This document shows positions 1 through 9,142 of a stretch of DNA of 64,000 nt, piece by piece. The notes beneath the pieces were generated by a model, which was not told the DNA's origin, made no database searches, and saw only the letters and a program-made list of their open reading frames with translations. The position numbers and the translations under genes are program-made. Within the stretch, counting starts at the first letter, position 1, and the number at the start of each line of letters is the position of its first letter. This DNA comes from Candidatus Latescibacterota bacterium. Its GTDB lineage: Bacteria > Latescibacterota > UBA2968 > UBA8231. The stretch is from NCBI GenBank assembly GCA_965203175.1, contig OZ241867.1, positions 5,472,001 to 5,536,000 of the forward strand, given 5' to 3'.

Positions 1-1519
1 GGGTGTTCCAGACCCGACCAGAATCGGTGAGGAGATGCAGTTGGTCGTCGATCTGGGTTCGCATTTCTGGATCGATACACATCGAATGGTTTTCCAAGGG
101 CAGTCTTTCGCCGAATATACAGCGGAGAGCTCAGACGGTTCCCTAGCGCCGGACGGCAGCCTGAAGTGGAATAAACTGCTGCAGCGCAAGCACGAGATCA
201 CCTATAAGAATTTTGAAGTCAATACCTTCTCGCAGGTAGCGGCGCGCTTTTTCAGACTGAGATGGTTTCTAGCGAGTCTGGAAGGAAGTGCCCAGCTAGC
301 CGAGTTACAGCTCTACGGAGAAGGTTTCCAACCCAAGGTTTTCTTAGAGTCGGATCTGATCCGTCTGGGAGGCAGCCGCAATCTGCTCTCCATCGAGTGG
401 CAGGCGGATACTCCTCCAGGTACGGAGGTGCTGATTCAGACGCGCAGTGGCAGTCAACTAGATGAAAAGCTGCACTATTTTCACAAAGACGGCACTGAGC
501 TAACTAAGGAAAAATACGAAGACCTGTTGTCGCTTTTCAGAGGTGATATCATTGCCGAAGATGTACCGGGAAGTGACTGGAGCGACTGGAGCGAGCCGTA
601 CAGCGAGGCGACGGGCAGCCCGATTACTTCGCCTTCGCCGCGAGAATTCCTCAAAATACGGGCGACTCTGCTCTCAGAAAATCCCGAACTCCACGCCGCG
701 CTCCAATCGATCCGTCTGCGCTTCGTCGATCCCGTAGTCCGCAGACTAGTCGGCGAGATCGCGCCATTTCAAGTGGACTCGCTAGGAACGGAACAAGTCT
801 TTTCGCTCTACTTGGAGCCACAGTTCTCCATCAGAGATTCCGGCTTCGACGAATTGCTCCTCGTAGCTCCATCCGATATGAACCTACAATTCGTAGGTTT
901 GTACAGGAACGATGGGGAGTTGGCCGTGGAAGGAGTCTCCGTTGTACCCACCCAAGCCGACAGCCTGCGTCTGTCCTTTCCAAGGATAGCGCCGAATCAG
1001 GGCATTGACCTGCTGCGGCTCGACTTCAGGACCGCGCTCTTTGCTGCGGGCGCTGTGCTGCGTCCGGCCGTGCGCAACAGTGACCAAGGCGAGGACACTT
1101 GGCAGCGGGCAGATCCGGGCGATGTCCTAGCGGCAGTCCAAGGGAACACGACCACGATAGTGAGCACGCTCAAGATCAAAAAGCTGATCACTGGGATCGA
1201 GGTGCGCCCCCTCGTCTTCACCCCCAACGGCGACGGGATTAACGACGAGGTGATTTTCTCATTCCGGGTCACTCGTTTGAGCGCTTCTAGCCCGGTGGAA
1301 GTAACCGTTTACGATCTCAGCGGCCGGCCAGTGCGGCACCTAGCCGAACAACGTCCCTTGAGCACGGGAAGTTATGAGATCGGCTGGGACGGTAGAGATA
1401 GTAAGAACATGGTGGTACCCCCGGGAATCTACTTTGCTCGTCTGCAGATCGCTGCTAATACATTCGGCGCGATCGTCGGGGACGAGACCGTCGTGCGCTC
1501 CATAGGCGTAAGCTACTGA
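1..1519 (+). CDS. Secreted FlgD-Ig/T9SS-type-CTD protein, subtype B (B0; 5' truncated by window edge)
   Basis: Frame is open from base 2 (GVPDPTRIGEEM...). It carries the family motifs VDLG.FWID, SDLIRLG..WQADTPPGT..QTRSG, DWSDWSEPY, GFDEL, FTPNGDGINDE and WDGRD..PGIY, and ends IGVSY. Confidence 0.8.
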   Translation, partial: GVPDPTRIGEEMQLVVDLGSHFWIDTHRMVFQGQSFAEYTAESSDGSLAPDGSLKWNKLLQRKHEITYKNFEVNTFSQVAARFFRLRWFLASLEGSAQLAELQLYGEGFQPKVFLESDLIRLGGSRNLLSIEWQADTPPGTEVLIQTRSGSQLDEKLHYFHKDGTELTKEKYEDLLSLFRGDIIAEDVPGSDWSDWSEPYSEATGSPITSPSPREFLKIRATLLSENPELHAALQSIRLRFVDPVVRRLVGEIAPFQVDSLGTEQVFSLYLEPQFSIRDSGFDELLLVAPSDMNLQFVGLYRNDGELAVEGVSVVPTQADSLRLSFPRIAPNQGIDLLRLDFRTALFAAGAVLRPAVRNSDQGEDTWQRADPGDVLAAVQGNTTTIVSTLKIKKLITGIEVRPLVFTPNGDGINDEVIFSFRVTRLSASSPVEVTVYDLSGRPVRHLAEQRPLSTGSYEIGWDGRDSKNMVVPPGIYFARLQIAANTFGAIVGDETVVRSIGVSY

Positions 1520-1623
1520 ATCTACCTTGGGGCCAAAACCGCGCTCTGACCAGCGCAAGACTTTGCTACAAACTATTGCGGCGACTAATCCGGTTGCCGA
1601 GAGAAGGAGTAAGAAGTGCGGCC

Positions 1624-3576
1624 GTGACGAGAGAGCGTTTTTTCCCCAGTCTGTTGGTTGCCCTGCTGGTCTTGCTCAGTTCAGGCTATGGAGAGCGCCT
1701 TACAGCCCTCACTATATACCGAATCGGCGGCGAACACCTGCCTGCTCCCGAGGAGGAGATGCCGCACGAGTTCGTGCAGCTATCTTGGGAAGCGATAGAA
1801 GAAAATCTGCACGGCAAAGCGGAACTGGTGCAGGTGAGTCCCGATTCGGTTTCTCCACTGCGCCTTGATCCCAATCTCAATCTCACGCCGCTGATCGAGG
1901 AGCGCGGCGGCCAGATAGAGAACTTGAGTTTCCGAGGCTGGGAAAAGCACGGCGATGAGGATGCCTTGATATTCGACCGGGATCCGAGCACCATCTACCT
2001 AGGGGACGGCCGCTTCGCCTCGTATTCGGCCACCGAAAAAAATTTGCTCTTCGATTTTGGCGGTAGGGTGACCCTCCACAGGGTTCGCTTCTATCCGCGT
2101 GACCAGTTCCTAAGCGACCGATTTGTGCAGAAGTTCAAGATCGGCATCAGCGACGGGGATTCACTCAAAGATGGCACGCGAGAATTTAACGTACTCTTCC
2201 GCGTATGCCCCAGTTGTCCCACGCAGAGTGCCGGCGACTTCGACCTGATCCACGATATCCGCGAAAACACCGAAGCCGTCGTCGATCTGCAACTACCACA
2301 GATGCCCTCCCGCAAATTGGTCTTTCAGGCTTTCGAAAATACCCGCAATGTCTGGGAGATCGCCGAGTTCGAGATCTACGGAATCGGCTATGCACCCTTC
2401 GCAAGCTATGTATCCAATATCATCGACTTGGGCGCTCCGGCCACTCTGGGAAGGATATCATGGTCCGGCCGCGTTGACCCAGAGGCCAGAATCGACCTAA
2501 AGTCGCGCAGCGGCGACGATAGCGAACCGAACACGTACTGGCGCTTCACCGAGCGCGGCAGCGAGCGCACCCGCCTAGGTGCCAACGGCGCAGAACTGAC
2601 CAGACAAGCCTACCAGAAACTATCGTTTAACGAAAAGGCAGGGACTACCCATGACGGTGAAAACTGGAGCTTCTGGTCAGCCCCATACGACTTCAAGGCC
2701 ATGAGTAGCTCTCTAGTGAGCTCCAAACCACAGCAGTTTATCCAGTTCCAGATCGACTTCTCCTCTGCGGTGCAAGCTGGTGCCCGGCTGGATTACCTTC
2801 AGTTTGGGGTATCGGTACCGCCGGTGGCCAGTCAAGTTCTCGCTGAGATCACTCCGGTGGCAGTGCCTGCGGGTGAAGAATCCAATTTTACCTACAAACT
2901 ACGTCCTCAAATTGCACCCAATGATCTGGGTTTTGACAGTATCGAGATCGACGTGCCCGGAGTCCTTAAAGGTGTGGACGCGGTGCGCATCAGCGGCACC
3001 CCAGTGGAATTCGAGATAAGGCACCTAACAGACAACGGACTTGCCGTGCAGATCCCGAGGATCGATTTCGAGCGCACAGGTGAATTGATCGAATTAGATT
3101 TTCGGGCGGAGGTGTTCAAATTCAGTACTATCTTTGCGGGACGGGTCTTCGACAGTACGCGACCACACGAGATGCATCAGGCAGTAGCACCTGGCGATGC
3201 GGACCCGCTAACTGACACCAATACCCTGAAGGTGGACCTGAGCCAGTTGCGACAGGAGACGATCTGGACGCTGCGGCTTTCCCCAGCGGCTTTTACCCCC
3301 AATGGAGACGGGATTAACGATGCGGTGCGGATCGTTTACGACCTGCTAAATCTGACGAGCCCAGCGTCGGTAACGGTGGAACTATACGACCTGTCAGGTA
3401 GGAAGCTGGCAACGATACATAGGAGCGAGAACCCGAGCGGCCGCTTTTCGTTTAGCTGGGATGGTCGCAACAGTCAAGGCGAGATCCTGCCCCTAGGCAT
3501 TTACTTTCTTCGCATGGAGGTGGATGCGGACAAAGGCCGTGACTCAGCGCAGCGCGTCATTTCCATCGCCTATTAA
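1624..3576 (+). CDS. Secreted FlgD-Ig/T9SS-type-CTD protein, subtype A (A0, divergent member)
   Basis: Hydrophobic N-terminal signal-like segment; SNIIDLG..GRISW, NWSFWSAPY, GFDSI, FTPNGDGINDA, WDGRN..LGIY; ends ISIAY. Start is uncertain: GTG 1624 (AAGGAG upstream) versus TTG 1576. Confidence 0.8.
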   Translation: MTRERFFPSLLVALLVLLSSGYGERLTALTIYRIGGEHLPAPEEEMPHEFVQLSWEAIEENLHGKAELVQVSPDSVSPLRLDPNLNLTPLIEERGGQIENLSFRGWEKHGDEDALIFDRDPSTIYLGDGRFASYSATEKNLLFDFGGRVTLHRVRFYPRDQFLSDRFVQKFKIGISDGDSLKDGTREFNVLFRVCPSCPTQSAGDFDLIHDIRENTEAVVDLQLPQMPSRKLVFQAFENTRNVWEIAEFEIYGIGYAPFASYVSNIIDLGAPATLGRISWSGRVDPEARIDLKSRSGDDSEPNTYWRFTERGSERTRLGANGAELTRQAYQKLSFNEKAGTTHDGENWSFWSAPYDFKAMSSSLVSSKPQQFIQFQIDFSSAVQAGARLDYLQFGVSVPPVASQVLAEITPVAVPAGEESNFTYKLRPQIAPNDLGFDSIEIDVPGVLKGVDAVRISGTPVEFEIRHLTDNGLAVQIPRIDFERTGELIELDFRAEVFKFSTIFAGRVFDSTRPHEMHQAVAPGDADPLTDTNTLKVDLSQLRQETIWTLRLSPAAFTPNGDGINDAVRIVYDLLNLTSPASVTVELYDLSGRKLATIHRSENPSGRFSFSWDGRNSQGEILPLGIYFLRMEVDADKGRDSAQRVISIAY

Positions 3577-3653
3577 AAGATCGCCTCAATACGTCGGTGT
3601 TAGAGATGAGCTTATGTGATGCGGCCTTCATCTCTAGGCTTACGCGCAAATAT

Positions 3654-3690
3654 AAAAAAGCTGTGCCCGGATGCCCGAGCACAGCTTTTT
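3654..3690. terminator. Bidirectional rho-independent terminator
   Basis: AAAAAAGCTGTGCCCGG-ATGC-CCGAGCACAGCTTTTT lies between convergent genes, with an A-tract on the left and a T-tract on the right. Confidence 0.85.
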
Positions 3691-3719
3691 AGGGATCGTA
3701 AAAGATACAGCGAGAAGGT

Positions 3720-4637
3720 TTATTCCATAAAATAGGACTTGATGCTGCCCCAAGTATCGCTCTCGACCGCGGTTGGCAAACGTTCCTCATCAACCGGGAG
3801 CAGCACGAAGTCGGTAAACGAACTAGCATTTCCGAATACATCGTTCTGGCCACCGAGTATAAAACGACCGAAGCGTTTGTCGTCCTGAGACGGACTTATA
3901 TCGTTGTCGATCACTGCGATCCCGAGGCCGATAATTTCGAGCTCGACGAGGTCGTGTTGGACGCTCTGTTCGGGCCCCTGGAAGTTGAAGTCGTCCCATG
4001 CTACCGTGTACCACTCGGCTTTCAGAGTGGCCTGAGTACCGTGGGAGCCGTCTAGGGTGAACGAATCGGCGCAGCAGGAATAAGGCTCTTCATCGTGCCA
4101 AGTCGACGAGCTCATCCAGAACCAGTTCCAACCTTCCGGCTCGATAGCCGGCCAGCGATAGTGGTAGGTCTGTGCATGGGCACCGTCCAACCGCATGAGC
4201 TCTTCCTCGGGCAGCCCGCGGTCTAGGGTGAAGTACCAGTCGCCAGAGTGGTCGGCATCCACTCCTATCTCAATGCTGTCATCGTTGCCCGAATCACCGT
4301 AACCTCCACCATCGCGGTCCCATAAATCGTCAAAGCGGTCAATGACGTAGTAGAGACGGTCGGTTTCGTCGTGCCAAGAGATGGCAACGCGGAACCACAT
4401 GTCGGACACATCGATCTCCTTGGTGGTGCCCAAGTCGCCGCCGAAATCCTGCTCGTTGATCTCGATCCACAGTTCCTCGGGCAACACCTCCCATTCGGAG
4501 ATATCGCCGTCGAGGACGGGAAGGTGGGACGTGGGCCACTGCCAAGCACCCAATATCTTATCTTCAGGGACATGGGCAGAAACCACATTGGCCAAGGCGA
4601 TCAACCCCACTGCTACAATCGAAAGGCTTTTCATCAT
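3720..4637 (-). CDS. Secreted CBM9/DOMON-like sugar-binding-fold protein with C-terminal TAVE..TWGxIK tail
   Basis: Signal peptide (MMKSLSIVAVGLIALANVVSA); PVLDGDISEW, DDSIEIGVDAD and GLGIAVIDND motifs; ends TAVESDTWGSIKSYFME; GAGGAGGG RBS. Confidence 0.7.
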   Translation of the reverse strand: MMKSLSIVAVGLIALANVVSAHVPEDKILGAWQWPTSHLPVLDGDISEWEVLPEELWIEINEQDFGGDLGTTKEIDVSDMWFRVAISWHDETDRLYYVIDRFDDLWDRDGGGYGDSGNDDSIEIGVDADHSGDWYFTLDRGLPEEELMRLDGAHAQTYHYRWPAIEPEGWNWFWMSSSTWHDEEPYSCCADSFTLDGSHGTQATLKAEWYTVAWDDFNFQGPEQSVQHDLVELEIIGLGIAVIDNDISPSQDDKRFGRFILGGQNDVFGNASSFTDFVLLPVDEERLPTAVESDTWGSIKSYFME

Positions 4638-4664
4638 AATTCCCTCCTCAGTTTATGGGAATGC

Positions 4665-4693
4665 AAAATATAACTACCATACAATCAAGTCAA
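4665..4693 (-). promoter_or_regulatory. Candidate sigma70 promoter for 3720..4637
   Basis: Minus strand reads TTGACT-N17-TATTTT just upstream of the RBS, in an AT-rich spacer. Confidence 0.45.
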
Positions 4694-4855
4694 GATATAT
4701 TTAATTTTTTTAAAAAAATTTAGCGTCAATCAATCAAGGCTCAAATCCCTGCGCTATCGAGCAGTTGGCGATCCGAACGTCCCAGCCCATTTAACTAGTC
4801 TGAATAATTGACCCCAATAAAGGGTCGGATATATCGCAATTAACTTTGTAGGATC

Positions 4856-6745
4856 TCAAGTATAGAAAAAAGAGACGGCCAGAGAAGCCCCGCCAATACC
4901 GACGCTTGCTCCTAGCAGAAGGCCTATGAAGAATGGTCGCGCCTGCCGAAAGAGACTCGCCCCGCCGTAGCGCAGAATTGCGGCCTTGAGGAGCCAAGCC
5001 AGAAAGATGCTGAACCAGTCGAAGCGGATATTCTGAGTCATGCCCAAGACTAGTCCCGCAGGGTGCAGAGGCCAACCGGCGATATGATGGTTGGCAAAGG
5101 TGAGCAAGGCAGCTAGCGCAGCTCCCACACCCATAAAGAAGGCCGTCTGGAGTTGCGGAGGGTGGGGATTGTTCATGGTGTTGGCGACCCAACCCCAGTG
5201 GAAGTCGGGCGACATGACAAAGTACCAGATCCAGCCGTGGATGAGGCCGTGTCGGTAGCCCAGCCAGATATAACAGCCCAAGGCCGTCACCAGACTGACG
5301 ATGAGCGCTGCGGTCATAAAGAGGAAGAGCTGGCGGCTCGTGATCTTTTGCTTTGCCTCTTCGCAGACCTTAAAAGCATGGGCTAGGGTGGCCATGAAGA
5401 AGAGTTGGAGGTCGGAGGCCCAGACAAAATTTACTCCCATGGCCGTCAGGTCGCGGTCGGAGAGATGTCCAGTACCCAAGATATTGGTCAGGATGGGCGG
5501 CAGTGAATAGGGGGCCCGCATGCGACCGAGTCCAGTCTGGGCGACCAGCCGCGCCATGCCGAAGAAGACGAGCAGAGCTACCAAGAGGAAGCCTAGGCTC
5601 CATAGGAGGGAAAGCCCAGTGGCATAGAGGAAGCCGGCCATGTACAGCAGGCCGGCCAAGCCGACGAGGGCGACATAGCGCGGCGAGAGCAGATAGGGTT
5701 CCTGGATACCGCCCCCCACGATCAGGCGCCACTGCTGGCGCAGGTAATCTCGACTGACCCACAGGGAAGAGAGGACTAAGAAAAACAGGGCACCAATCTG
5801 CTGGTGGGTCATAAGCACCGAGCCGGATGGCAGAGGGCCGGCTGGCAATGGACTTGCAATCCCGGCCCATACCAGCAGGCTGTCCTCCAAGTTCATCAGT
5901 ACATGGCAACCCCAAACGCCCAGCAACACGTTCAGGTTTACCAGATACCCGAGACCTATGATCAGCGGATTGACCTCAATGCGGTAACTGAGTCCCAAAC
6001 TGCGGGACACTAGTATGTTGGTAATGGGAATTTCAAAACCGTCTAAAACCTGAAAGTCGAAAAGACGGTCGAGCACATCTATGGTGGGTATGGACCAAGC
6101 GATCAGGAAACCGATCCACAGCAGTTTACTTCTGAAGATGCTCCCCGCCGGATCGTCCAAACTCCCCACCATGCTGGTCGGCAAAATGGTCATCGGATAA
6201 ACCAAGCGCTCCCGGCGGGACCACTGATGATGCATCAAGGTGATAAAGGATACGCTGACTAGATAGAAGGCCAACATAAATGTTCCCCACAGGAACAGAG
6301 GCTTGATCCATAGGCCCCACGGAATAGGCTGATCCGCGGGGATGCCCTGAAATAGGCCCGTGATGGCTTGGAGGTCTCGTGGCACAACCCATTCGGGTAT
6401 GTGGTCCCATATGAGATACTTCCAATTGTTCTCAGGTGTGGCGTAGTAGAACACCCCGGCGAGCAGAGGGATGACATAACCACCAAAACCCATAGTGGGA
6501 ATGACCGTGGAGACCATGAGCGCGGCATAAATAAGCGCCAGATGGGCTGCGGAGAGGCGTAGGAGAGGATGCAACAGGCGTAGTGCCAAGCCAACGACGG
6601 TAGTCCAGAAAACGATGAAGATGACGCCTATGGTGGTGAAGTGGTCGGCGAATCCCGAATACGTGTCCAGTAGTACATAGCTGCGGACACCGACGAAATT
6701 CAGGAAGGCGCACAGGCAAAGAGTGATTACCAGAATCAGCACCAT
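4856..6745 (-). CDS. Polytopic membrane protein, DUF6785/DUF6784-like (putative OPT-related transporter)
   Basis: 629 aa with many TM segments; W..RERLVYP, WPLHPAG and ILRYGG..F..ARPFFIGL motifs recalled for this family. Confidence 0.7.
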   Translation of the reverse strand: MVLILVITLCLCAFLNFVGVRSYVLLDTYSGFADHFTTIGVIFIVFWTTVVGLALRLLHPLLRLSAAHLALIYAALMVSTVIPTMGFGGYVIPLLAGVFYYATPENNWKYLIWDHIPEWVVPRDLQAITGLFQGIPADQPIPWGLWIKPLFLWGTFMLAFYLVSVSFITLMHHQWSRRERLVYPMTILPTSMVGSLDDPAGSIFRSKLLWIGFLIAWSIPTIDVLDRLFDFQVLDGFEIPITNILVSRSLGLSYRIEVNPLIIGLGYLVNLNVLLGVWGCHVLMNLEDSLLVWAGIASPLPAGPLPSGSVLMTHQQIGALFFLVLSSLWVSRDYLRQQWRLIVGGGIQEPYLLSPRYVALVGLAGLLYMAGFLYATGLSLLWSLGFLLVALLVFFGMARLVAQTGLGRMRAPYSLPPILTNILGTGHLSDRDLTAMGVNFVWASDLQLFFMATLAHAFKVCEEAKQKITSRQLFLFMTAALIVSLVTALGCYIWLGYRHGLIHGWIWYFVMSPDFHWGWVANTMNNPHPPQLQTAFFMGVGAALAALLTFANHHIAGWPLHPAGLVLGMTQNIRFDWFSIFLAWLLKAAILRYGGASLFRQARPFFIGLLLGASVGIGGASLAVSFFYT

Positions 6746-6768
6746 AGCTGTGATCGGGGCGTCTGCTC

Positions 6769-7524
6769 CTATTTCATGCGCTCATGCCATATGGCCAGAT
6801 CGCCTTCGACAAAATAAAGCCGCGTGATGGCTTGGCCGGTCGCTCCAGGCGCGAGGGGCCCAAAACTCGGAGCGCTATGTATGCAGGAGTATTCCATGTT
6901 CTGGAATAGGAAGAGAGCTGGTTTCGACGCGGTGGCTATAAAACGGCGACCGTCCACCGACTGGATAGCCATCCACCCCTCTAGGACCACATCTTCGGGC
7001 GTTGCCGCAAAATTGGCTACAAAAGGGATCTTTTTTCCAAGAGGAGCGCCCTCGACGCTGTAAAGCTGGATGGTGGGCCGGGGGCCAAACTGACGCGGCA
7101 ACGCCATCAGACGTTTCATCTGGCCCTGCTGGCCGACCCAATGACGCAGACAGTCGTGGTCCCAGACGGCTTCGGCATTATTTGGGTTAAAACAGTTGAA
7201 GGCCAAGGTGGTCTCCCAGTCCCTAGGACTTTCGTTGGTCAGGCTCAGATGCGCTTCAACCATCTCCTCTCCCGGGATAAGAGTGACGGTGTAGGAGAGT
7301 TCACCCGGACGCCTGCCGACACAATACAGCACACCTCCATCGCGTTCTTCCCAGTTGATCTCCACTTCGTCGCCAAACCAAGTTGCGGCGGCGGCATCGC
7401 CAATCGCTTCGGGAAAGCAGGCACCAAACGTAGCTCCTGGAAAAGCCGGGACATTGGATAGAGAAAAACTCATCGAGCTTGACCCTCCTGGCCCCGAGAG
7501 GGATTTGATCCTGATTGGTGCCAT
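6769..7524 (-). CDS. Hypothetical cytoplasmic protein (possibly beta-sandwich/mutarotase-like)
   Basis: 251-aa ORF in the operon between the FGE-domain and DUF6785 genes; GGAGG RBS lies in the upstream gene end. Fold is a guess. Confidence 0.6.
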   Translation of the reverse strand: MAPIRIKSLSGPGGSSSMSFSLSNVPAFPGATFGACFPEAIGDAAAATWFGDEVEINWEERDGGVLYCVGRRPGELSYTVTLIPGEEMVEAHLSLTNESPRDWETTLAFNCFNPNNAEAVWDHDCLRHWVGQQGQMKRLMALPRQFGPRPTIQLYSVEGAPLGKKIPFVANFAATPEDVVLEGWMAIQSVDGRRFIATASKPALFLFQNMEYSCIHSAPSFGPLAPGATGQAITRLYFVEGDLAIWHERMK

Positions 7525-7525
7525 C

Positions 7526-8194
7526 TTAGCTAGCCTCCTTTGCGCAGCGAAAACCGTAGAACATGGACCGATTATTGGTGAAGCCGCTCATATTCCGCGC
7601 CGCCGGTCGCAGATTGACGACCGATTTAGTCAGGTAACACCCCCCTTTGATAAAAGCCGAACCCGGTCCCGGTGCGTCAGCGCACCATTCGGCCACATTG
7701 CCGACCATATCCATGACCCCGTACGGGCTCGCACCTTCAGGATAGGAGCCGACGGCAGCCGGGCCTTCCCGGCTGGAGCGTCCCCAGCAGCATACCTCTG
7801 GATCGAACTGGTTGCCCCAAGGAAAACTGAGGCCATTCATGCCGCGCGCCGCCTTTTCCCACTCGGCCTCCGTGGGCAGGCGCTTGCCCGCCCATTTTGC
7901 GTACGCCCACGCATCGTCCTGATTTACCCCAGTGACTGGATGGTTGCGCTTTTCGGTCGGGAGCGTCCCATCGGGCCAGAAATCCGGTGGAGGATGGCCC
8001 GTTGCATCCGCGAATTCGGCGTATTGAGCGTTGGTCACTGGGAACTTGTCGATGTAGAAAGCATCCACGTACACTGACCGCTGAGGGATCTCACCGATGA
8101 ACCAGCTAGTGTGGTAGCCGTACGCGGCTGCTAATCGGGTGGCTTCCCGTTCTGAGGTTCCCATCGGGAATACGCCGGCTGGAATCAATATCAT
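7526..8194 (-). CDS. Formylglycine-generating-enzyme (SUMF1/FGE-sulfatase) domain protein
   Basis: IPAG.FPMG, FYIDKFPVTNAQY, RLPTEAEWEKAARG, DMVGNVAEW, GFRCA. It lacks the catalytic Cys pair of true FGE. Confidence 0.9.
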   Translation of the reverse strand: MILIPAGVFPMGTSEREATRLAAAYGYHTSWFIGEIPQRSVYVDAFYIDKFPVTNAQYAEFADATGHPPPDFWPDGTLPTEKRNHPVTGVNQDDAWAYAKWAGKRLPTEAEWEKAARGMNGLSFPWGNQFDPEVCCWGRSSREGPAAVGSYPEGASPYGVMDMVGNVAEWCADAPGPGSAFIKGGCYLTKSVVNLRPAARNMSGFTNNRSMFYGFRCAKEAS

Positions 8195-8425
8195 TTCTTT
8201 ATTTTTCTGACAAATATACGGCGCAGAGGTGGCCTATAATGACAGCAATTGAATGTTCTTGCGCCATTATTTTCAGCGCGGGTATAGCCCCAAGCTCAGC
8301 TTTTGTTGATCGGTATCGTTGAGACCTTCATCCCAGACAGTGGCAGTGGGCGTCTATCTCGTGCGCCTGCACTACCCAGGCGGCGAGCAGACCCGGCGAC
8401 TGCTCCTACTCAAGTAGCTCCCAGA

Positions 8426-8488
8426 CCGCGTCTCTCGCCTTTCTTGATGCTGCCGGGCGAAAGGCATCCCCTCGTTGCAATATGTCAA
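8426..8488 (+). repeat. Direct repeat copy 1 (imperfect ~60 bp ending in perfect 19-mer CCTCGTTGCAATATGTCAA)
   Basis: 8470-8488 is identical to 10239-10257; upstream CCGC.TCTCTCGCC..TCTTGA also matches. Confidence 0.8.
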
Positions 8489-8539
8489 TCCTCTCCTTGT
8501 TTAAGTCAGTTTCTACGCTATATTTCTGACATTATACCA

Positions 8540-9142
8540 ATGGATACGACCATGCCAAGCCTATCTCAGCACATCGCTAAACGCGCCGCCGAACTGCCCG
8601 AGGGGTCACTATTATGCCCAAGGGCGTTGCTCCACCTCGGAAGCAGAGCGGCAGTCGATCAAGCACTGTCGCGCCTCGCACGTCGTGGACAATTAATGCG
8701 GGTCTATCAGGGCGTCTATGTCCGGCCTATAGAGACTCGCTTCGGTCTGCGCCCGCCCGCAGTTGAGAAGGTCATTGAAGCGCTGGCAGAACTGTGGGGG
8801 GAGACCATTGTTCCCTGTGGCGGTGCGGCGGCGAACTTTCTTGGCCTCACTACTCAGACGCCGGTGCAGTCGGTGTACCTGACCTCTGGCCCCAGCCGTC
8901 GGTTGAAACTCGGCGCCCTGACAGTGCATTTGCGTCATGCCCCGCGCTGGCAGTTGGTAGCACCTAACCGACCGGCCGGCGATGCGGTTCGCGCCCTCGC
9001 TTGGTTGGGAGAGATTGAAGAGAACCTCGGCGCAATTGCGAGCAAGCTCTCCCCTGCCGACCTCGACGAATTCGTTGAATTGCGCGTCCTGATGCCAGCG
9101 CGGCTTGCAGAACTCGTGAGCGCACGGATCGTCAATGCCTGA
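8540..9142 (+). CDS. Type IV TA antitoxin, AbiEi/DUF6088 family
   Basis: AVDQALSRL..G.L.RVYQGVY wHTH, GAAAAN.LGLTTQ.P and YLTSGPSR; overlaps the toxin start. Start is ATG 8540 or 8552. Confidence 0.85.
   Translation: MDTTMPSLSQHIAKRAAELPEGSLLCPRALLHLGSRAAVDQALSRLARRGQLMRVYQGVYVRPIETRFGLRPPAVEKVIEALAELWGETIVPCGGAAANFLGLTTQTPVQSVYLTSGPSRRLKLGALTVHLRHAPRWQLVAPNRPAGDAVRALAWLGEIEENLGAIASKLSPADLDEFVELRVLMPARLAELVSARIVNA

Noticed and set aside
7526-8194. True sulfatase-maturing FGE
   Set aside because: The catalytic Cys pair is missing and no sulfatase is adjacent.
8463-8490. dif/pdif site (ATATGTCAA resembles a XerD arm; xerD is nearby)
   Set aside because: No recognisable XerC arm at the 6-bp spacing in either copy; kept only as an unexplained direct repeat.
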